Positions 56,301 through 64,000 of a DNA stretch of 64,000 bases are shown piece after piece. Below the pieces are notes generated by a model. It searched no databases. It was not told where the DNA came from and saw only the letters and a program-made list of their open reading frames with translations. The DNA is from Chrysomallon squamiferum. Lineage: Eukaryota > Animalia > Mollusca. Both the position numbers and the translations under genes were made by a program. The stretch covers positions 29,078,001-29,142,000 of the forward strand of contig CM022671.1 of the NCBI GenBank assembly GCA_012295275.1. Reading direction: 5' to 3'. Position 1 is the first letter of the stretch. The number at the start of each line of letters is the position of its first letter.

Positions 56301-57191
56301 ATAATTAAGTACTGTGAAGCCAGTCTTTGCGAGAGAAAGTGCCTGACGGCGGAGACATTCACGATTCCCCGCACAATATTAAATGAGGTAGTTTAATAAA
56401 CAAACCTGAAGTCTTCGAAGCCATCGAGAATGGTAAGCATCCCGATTCAAGAAAAGGCGGTATGAAACGCATCAAGCACGTGACGTTTGAAGATGTCGAC
56501 TCCGCGCTAATTGAATGGTTTCGACAAATGGATGCTGGATCAGAAATTAGTATCGATGGTGAAATACTTCTTTAAAAAGCACGAGACTTTGCTGAGCAGC
56601 TTGGTCACGAGGATTGTGAGAAACTGAAGTAGTTTGAATTGATCGTTTTAAGGAAAAGCGGGTGAATCTGGGGGTGTTAATACAGCAGTAGCTGAAGAAT
56701 GGAAAAATCGAAGGACATTCTCCAGAACATGTGAACACCGATGAAAGCGGACTATTGTGGCTGCTTCTACAAGAAAAGACGCTAGGATAAGTCGTCACAT
56801 TGCCTACTTACATCTACAAGTAGTCATATCTCTAAATCGTCAGAAAAATCTTGGTCTTGAAAGTGATGACTTAGCTGAGGTCATTACTGTATTATCTTTT
56901 ACGTATTTTCAATTTTCAACTTGTTGTTTTTTTTTTTTCCCCAGCTCTCCCAAAAAGACAGGCCCGTCGCTGGCAAGTCGATTGTGCAAAGCAGCATTCC
57001 TGGCTCGCTTCAGAGAACTGGCACCATTGTCTGAAAAGAAACACCTTCTGAAAGCTTCAACCTACTATGCAGCTAAACAGAGTTCTAAAAAATACCAAGC
57101 AGCCAAACATGCCTTCCGTGACCACTGTGTACAAGCAGGCATTGGTTGTTGGGTTGCTAAGCCTCATGTATTTGAAACCTTCAATAAATAA
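48857..57191 (+). CDS. ADAR/ADAD-like protein: two dsRNA-binding motifs plus a catalytically dead adenosine deaminase domain (about 680 aa)
   Basis: Exons 48857-48971, 49345-49707, 50363-50591, 51120-51240 (or 51258), 51661-51802, 52203-52335, 52722-52883, 53476-53585, 54146-54328, 54981-55218, 56945-57191. dsRBM1 KHPISCLMEY...GVGKTKKEAKTNAA; dsRBM2 NPVVLLQNF...AKTKKDAKRQAAEEAL. Deaminase fold: VVAFGTGN, HLYLSEPP, MSASDKILKWNILGLQ, PIYLSSI, SRLCK, WVAKP. Confidence 0.9.
54345..54614 (+). mobile_element. Non-autonomous Tigger-type MITE (Tigger4/Zombi-like)
   Basis: TA|CAGGTTGAGAATCCCTTATCCAAA ... TTTGGAAAGGGATTCTCAATCTA|TA: near-perfect TIRs with a TA target duplication, 270 bp. Confidence 0.85.
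55881..56889 (+). mobile_element. Decayed, internally deleted pogo/Tigger (Tc1-mariner superfamily) DNA transposon in the last intron of the ADAD-like gene
   Basis: Imperfect TIRs CAGTAAACCTCGCCTAAGTCGTCA ... TGATGACTTAGCTGAGGTCATTACTG followed by TA. Broken transposase from 56244: MATSGKR...EKYEII...FTIPRT (HTH), FEDVDSALIEWFRQ...IDGEILL*KARDFAEQL (CENP-B-type HTH), NTDESGLLWLLLQEKTL (first Asp of DDE); contains stops and frameshifts. Confidence 0.85.
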
Positions 57192-57419
57192 CATTTGAAA
57201 GATCGGTTCCAAAACGCTTTAAATCCATTTTCTTTGTTGTGAGAAAAATGACTATTTCTTATTTGGAGAAGTGATACCAACAAACATATTTTTTCCTATT
57301 TTAATCTTTACCAAATAACTATTAAATCATAACAAGCTAAACAATATAAATTCAGAACATGGTTTATTTTTTTGTTGTTTTTTTTATTATATTATTATTA
57401 TTATTATTATTTCCAAAAA

Positions 57420-57485
<66 letters not shown>

Positions 57486-57594
57486 CGAAAGTCATTAATA
57501 ACTGGTGACTGAGAGATAGAAGCATGTAGCATGCCAATAATTTTCTGTTCAGTCATGCATAACATCTGTGGGATGTGATATTCTTTTAACATGG

Positions 57595-58503
57595 ACTACC
57601 TCCCAAATCAGACGATTTTCATCAAAGAATACAATTTGAGTGCATCCAGTCTGTACATACAAGAACTGTTTTCATCCTGTTTCGGTTAAAACTGTGCTTA
57701 ACCACGTGTGTAGACCATCTACGACTAGACCACTCAATAAAGAATCTGCCTATAGTACAGCGACCACCAATCAGAAAGCAAAAATAGATGACGACTTTTC
57801 TCCAAAAATACAAACGAGAGCTTGGTCCTGTTTGACTTTGTTAGGATTTTAATAAAATGTATTGAAATTCAAGGCAATATCCGCTGGCGTCAGCTGATCT
57901 GCATGACCAAACCGTGCATTGTTCGCAGATGTACACGTGCATGCCACAGACAGCAGTTTGCAACCGCCTGAATGGCGAAGTTTCTATAATTTTTCTCACG
58001 CATGGTCCTCTGGTGGTCTTTGTTTCTTCCCCACAGCAGAAACTACCACTGACTCATCGGCTCCGTTGAAATTGTTAATTATTAATGGTTAATATGGCCC
58101 AAAATGACATGAAACGGCGAGCGATTTTGTTAGATCATGGGCGCTGCCATATTGGATGACATCACGGTAATGGTGGCCAATGATTGATTGAGAGGATGTA
58201 TCGCAGTTTGTGAAAAACTACGATTGGTGCTTATCGCGTTATCGGTGGCGTATAATGCGTTCTAGGGAAAATGATTCTGAGACGTTGAACAGCTGTCAAA
58301 TACTTAACTTTTGATGGCGTTATTTTCATGAAAATTGAATTTGGCATTTTGGAACCAAAGTCTTCATTTATTGTTGTGTTTTGAAACAGAAATGACTGAA
58401 ACAAAATTTTCAAAAATATTCATAACATTTTAGTTGTTGTATGAAATGTAATGTTATTCTTACAAACAAGTACTTTCTTGGTTTATACCTGCTTTATAAC
58501 CTC
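57595..58503 (-). mobile_element. Probable DNA transposon remnant (possibly Sola-like)
   Basis: Abrupt CpG- and GC-richer block. The minus strand begins GAGGTTATAAAGCAGG and encodes an interrupted KKL*KLRHSG...VACTCT...ADQLTPADIALNFNTFY*NPNKVKQDQ, reminiscent of transposase N-termini. No matching second TIR found. Confidence 0.4.
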
Positions 58504-60842
58504 GAAGTACTTAATAAATTATTATGATTTTGTAATATTATCTTGATGTAAATACATGAATTTCCATTGATTGTTAATACGGTTTGTTTTATGCACACAC
58601 ACATAAAGAAATTACATAATCAAAATTGTTTCTTTTTTTTTTTTTTTTAGAAACTACAAGAATTTGTGGTTGGTGCTTTGCTCCATAACATACCAGGTTT
58701 TTGTTTTCATGTGAACATACCGACACCATAAATATTTACAAAGAGTGCATGTGATTCACAATGTAGACCAGTACAAAAGTGTCCCTTCATGAATCAATCA
58801 CAAATGCTATCAACAAACCAACACCATCACTATTTACATTGTTTATTTAATATTACAAAAAAATAAAAGAAAAGAAAATATTCAAATATAAGTCACAAAC
58901 AAATGTTCTGCTATTAACTATAAAAAACTGAACTTTTACTTTTTCAATGGATGACAACACATATTTGCAACATTATTTCAATTTAAACTCATTCTGGGGG
59001 GAAAACAAATTTAAAAAAAAATCCCAGCAAAGAAACAGGCAACTTTTGTCTTATAATCTGGATGTCTAAAGAGAACAGTGACAAAGAAAACACATATTAA
59101 ATAACAAGATCATTTATTTTTTCTTAATTTAACATGAATTGAATTTACACAGTGAATTTGTTTTAAATTAAATTTAATCATGTTTTATATACAATTTCTG
59201 AAAAATAATTTTTAAGTTAGAAACAGTATTTATCCTTCATTCAGATTAATTACAGTTTAGAGGTAATACACTGTTAACACATTTTAATTGTGTTGCAAAT
59301 ATATAAGTGTGATGTTTGAAAAAAATATTCATTTTTCAAATAATACAATTAAAAACAATATTTTATAAAATAAACAAATTCATCATTAATGTTGACTTGA
59401 ATACACATGAAACCAAAAAGTATTTCTTTATAACCATAAAATGTAAATTAAAATAACTTTTAATCAAAAAATAATTACTGATCTATGTAGCATATAATTT
59501 ACAAGTTGAATTGAAATATTTATCCCAGTTCATTCATTAAGAAAGGAGAAAAGAAACAAAACAACAACAACCCTAAGCAAGCTTTCACTCCAAATATTTG
59601 TTTGTTTTCCTGTATTTTTGTTTAGTCAATGGAGGAGAGATGGACATTTAAACCTTTAAGAAATACTTTTTTTTTTTTTTCTGTAACTAATCAATTTTTT
59701 TAAATGAAAGCTCATTTCTGATTTGTGCTTTGTTAGAAAAAGAAAATAATAATAATTAAATAAAAAAAACTGGTTAAAATTTTTATAAAATGATAATAAA
59801 CTATGACCATCACAAATTACGTGAATTCCAATAAAATAAAAAAAGAATCCTGAAATGTTGATTTAATGCACAACTTAGCTGACATTAATGCAACAGTCCT
59901 CTATGGAAGGGTTCATCACAGAAGAAAATTTGAGAGAAGCTGCCACCAATTCCCTCTACATTCATTCTAATAAAATCTTCATTATCGATTACACCACTGA
60001 TTATTTTTAAAAATCCAATAAATAAGCTAAAACATGTTAAATGATATTATCATTTCCAATTTCTTCAAACATTTCTCCAGAAGAATTATTATGAATTGTT
60101 ATGAAATAACATTAACAATCTGTCTGTAATTTTACAAAATTCCTTTTATTAAACTGACTAGTTTTAAATAATTCACAAGGTAGCTGTAGTGCATACAACA
60201 CATTTTTTATTTTATCTTTTAGTCAAATCATGCATGTGTAATGCTGGTGTTAGCTCTATGAAGCCAAAGCAAGAACAGATGGCAGTGATAGAGTTTCCCT
60301 ACTTGTTTGCCATTAATAAATACCTGGCATTAATTATTTCACCCATAAATATTAATACAAAACAACAATACAATAATTCAACCTGGATTATTTTACAATA
60401 GGTATAAAATGTGTATTAATATGATTATACTGGAATATAAATTTAAAAAAAAAAAAAAAAAAAATGTGTAAACTTTATGTTTTAGTTCTTAAGGCTAGAT
60501 TTCACAGGTAAATAACTTTTGAACATGTACTGAAAAACAACCTATGGAATTAATCATAAGGTAAGAGAAACTTTTGTTACACCCAAACAATACTTTTTAT
60601 ATCTTCAAAGACAAACCTACCAAGCAAATTATTAAATGTACTGAAATACCTTCTTAAACAACAGCAAATTCAATTTAATTGATGGCTCAAGGAATTAATT
60701 AATCTAACATATTTGTTATTTGCTTTATTAAAAAAAAAAAAGGAAAACATTTGATATTTTAATTATACGATAAGACAAGTGAAAATAAATGAAAGCTTAA
60801 AGATAATAACAGGTGAAAATACCACAAAGCCTAAAGGTAGAA

Positions 60843-63213
60843 TTATGAAGCAGCTTGTTCCTGTGCATGTGACGAAGAAGATTCCTGCGGCTTCATGACA
60901 TCAGGTAGTTCTGGCGGGCTGGAAAGTTGTGCTATTTCCAAATTTTCCCATTCACCATCTGTCAAATTGTTAAGATATTTAACAAAACTTTCATCCTTTG
61001 AACAATTCAAAACACAGACAAAAGGTAAACAGCTTCAGACTGACAGCCAAATTCAACAGAATGCTAATAATTTTATGTTATGTTTTATAATATCGCTATT
61101 AGAAAAGTTTCTTCAATTATAAATGTTTAGATTTAATTGTTTTTAATTGATAATATTTAATTAACCATCTTTTCTTCATGCAGGATACAATGTAAAGAAC
61201 TTGAAAATAACAATCAAACACAACCTAATGTGTTAAAATGTCAATATTAAAAATTATTATTTATTACAAAATTTTATGTATTCTGGCAGGGTCATTGTCT
61301 ACTTTTATTTTTGCTGGCTTCCTTCTTATTTTAAATTCTACCTCAATATTTCTGTGGAAAAATAATCAAACCCAGAAAATGTTTTCTTTTTCAGTTTGTA
61401 TACCATTATTAATAAAAGAAAATATGTAACAATCTACTGAATAAATTCTATTTAATCCATAATTATAAGCTGTATAAGGATTGAACAACTAAGGAAAAAG
61501 AAATAAAACAGACTGTCACAGTGAAAAGTACTAACAGAAATATTTAAAAAATAAATATTATTGTTATTATTACCTTCCTGTTTAAAGGCAAGACCAATAG
61601 TTGCTGGGGCTTGTGCTCGAGCTGTAGCTCCTGTGAAACCATAATCTCCCAAACTCTTATGATCATCTGACAGTGGCTTAAAACAAACAATAAAATAAAG
61701 AAATAAAGAAAGAAAAAAAAAAATAATAAAACAAACTATCAACCTGCAGAGTGTGATCATGAAAAGTTATGTTTAAGTATGACCTGATTCTTGTTATGAT
61801 AGCAATATAAATATTTAACAATTTTTGAGGGTATTCCATGACCTAATTCGATCTAGGATTTCAAACTTATCACCAGTAAAGAAATGTGATAGCCAAAAAC
61901 TACCAGAAAATGAATGCTCGTATTAGCCACTTAAACTTAAATTTTCACAAATGCTCAGTTTTAAATTCTTTTCTCAAGTATTCATTATTGTCTGTATGAC
62001 CTATTTTTCTCTGAAGTAATTATTGTTTGAAAAAACAATCATACCTGATCATCTTTAAAAAGCTTTTGATTTTCTGGTTCTACTTTGCAGACACCTTCAA
62101 TTATCTTCTTGACTTCACCTAGAGATGTTGTTTCTTTAGCATCTGTGAAAATTGTCACCTTTTTTCGTCTGATCATAAGAAAAACATCCTGTAAAATGAG
62201 AACAAAACATAATTCATATAGAACCATGCAAAAGAGAATATACATATAGATGTATCTATATAATAATTTTTATATCAATTAAAGATGCAGTTTGTGACAG
62301 ATGATATTTCAAACAAGCTTTGGTCCTGACTAGTAAAAACAAAAAGCATTAATTTATTTCCTTTTTTCTACAGATAAACACATCTTTCATCAATATTTAT
62401 TTATTATTATTTTTAATAATAAAAAAATATATATATATATATTTCTATTATTTATAACAATGTAGTTTTCTTTGCCGATTTATTATTAAAAGTAGTATGT
62501 CATGATTCTTGTTCCTGAACATATTTACGCCTTATCCTTATAACATTAAAACTGTTAATTAGTTTGAAATGTGCTGGAACCAAAAACATCACCATTTGGC
62601 ATTTCTATATAACACCACTTTTTAACAACTAACTTTACTAAACTATATTCCCATACTAATTTAATTTTGATATATGTTGTTTTTTGGAATACTGATAAAT
62701 AGAAAGAGTAATTAACCAAAGCTTATTTCTAAAATAATAAAGTAACATAGTTACATATAGTTACTGACTCACTCTAAATTATAAATCACTTTTATAACAG
62801 TAACTGCAACAAAGGGATGAAGATTGTAAGAAAGTTCAACTTCACTGCTATTTGTACATTTATATATATTTTAAAAATATTACAGCACATACATCAAATT
62901 TGCTTTACTCACATTTATTAATAACTATTACATAATATATGAGGAATTTTATAAATAACCATTATCGGCATTTTGAATGATTTTTCATCCTGGTTAACTC
63001 AAATTATTCATGTTTGTTGGCAACGATACAGATCATACACTGATACATCATACAGGTAACATTTTAAAAGGACATGTTTAAAGTACTAACTAAGATTTAT
63101 TAACCCAATTTTCTGTGTAAATTGCATATTTTTCGTTAAAATCTTCAGGCAGCGATAAAACAAAAATTAAAGAAATATATACAATTATCTACACGATCTA
63201 TTTTCCTCACCAT
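60843..63213 (-). CDS. ELOB: Elongin B (about 121 aa)
   Basis: Exons in gene order: 63213-63211 (ATG|GTGAG), 62188-62045 ([19 protein letters not shown]...KDDQ), 61676-61574 ([23 protein letters not shown]), 60958-60843 ([14 protein letters not shown]...TAA); 366 nt in frame. Confidence 0.95.
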
Positions 63214-63257
63214 CTCTAAATGCTTGTGTAGACAACGACATCAAACGCCACTGGATA

Positions 63258-63270
63258 TGACGCATGCGCA
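63258..63270. promoter_or_regulatory. NRF1/Ewg-like site overlapping a CRE half-site at the ELOB 5' end
   Basis: TGACGCATGCGCA about 45 bp upstream of the ELOB ATG; resembles the TGCGCATGCGCA consensus. Confidence 0.55.
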
Positions 63271-64000
63271 GATTTGTAGAAAGTAATAATTCTTTTTTTC
63301 CAGTTATCTCCCATCTAAATAATGTAGATTTTTCTCGATATCCATATTTTAACTCCAACCTAAAGGAACAGAGTTATTAGTTTAATATATATTATTTTGT
63401 TGATCATATCTAACCATCATGATGTTGCAAGGGATATAATCCTCTAACTTCAGTGCATTAAAGCGATGGACAACAGACTACATTTATTGATTAGCAACAA
63501 ACTGTGAGAGTTTTCATGTAAATACAGACTTTTGACAAAGGAATGAGATCTGGTTGGAACAGAAAACAGCCCAGAGAGTACAATGAGCATGAGTGATTGA
63601 TACATTAGGCTTAGCTACAGGTCGTTCAGTGATCGGAGACTGAAGGTTGATCAAAAGTAAAATTTAAAACTGGTATTTTATATCTTTATCCAAACCTAAA
63701 GTAAATATATCAAATTCAGTTTTTAAAAGTTTTTGATATAGTTATTAAGAATAACATTAAAAAAGATGTATACAGAGAGCGGGAAAGACACAACTGGAAG
63801 TGATAATTATAATAAATTGTATGCAGGAAAAAACCCCAATAACGCTTAAAAAAAAAAAACAAACAAAAAAAAAAAAAAAAAAAAAAAAAAATAAAATAAA
63901 CAACAAAAAAAAAAAACGTGACTCTAATTTACACTAACTCGAACACCGGTGTCTTCCCAACTGGTAGAATTCCCAGTTCGTAGAAAAAAAATCATCTACC

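Noticed and set aside
56757-56944. N-terminal half of ORF 56757-57191 as coding
   Set aside because: It is transposon end plus polypyrimidine tract; the real exon starts at 56945.
63211-63213. ATG-only first coding exon of ELOB as unusual
   Set aside because: As recalled, vertebrate ELOB has the same arrangement, so it is conserved rather than novel.
63945-63985. Short hairpin or ZNF143-like motif at the window end
   Set aside because: Only a 6-bp stem and a partial motif; may belong to the next gene's promoter but cannot be supported here.

Overview
Very AT-rich, microsatellite-dense animal genomic DNA with spliceosomal GT-AG introns; probably a mollusc (gastropod-like repeats, recalled from memory and not verified). 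Seven protein-coding genes were rebuilt exon by exon with consistent phases: the 3' part of SVOP (+, 2018-12319); an uncharacterised gene (-, 21328-30227) encoding an MGCxxS lipid-anchor N-terminus, a TIR domain that keeps the NADase-type Glu, a Cbl-EF-hand-like segment and HEAT repeats; ACADS (+, 34046-39568); TMX2 (-, 41903-45795); DNAJC24/DPH4 (+, 46641-47096); a two-dsRBM ADAR/ADAD-like pseudo-deaminase (+, 48857-57191); and ELOB (-, 60843-63213). Also present are a decayed pogo/Tigger transposon, two copies of a Tigger4/Zombi-like MITE, a possible Sola-like fragment, a 1.76 kb minisatellite and a 33-bp CCAAT/GTAAGT array. The best candidate for an undescribed system is the acylated TIR-HEAT gene. 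Its reading frame is broken at a TAATG stop/start overlap and it has an overlapping uORF; the break may be a 1-nt assembly error or an isoform switch. Most ORFs in the supplied track are low-complexity artefacts.
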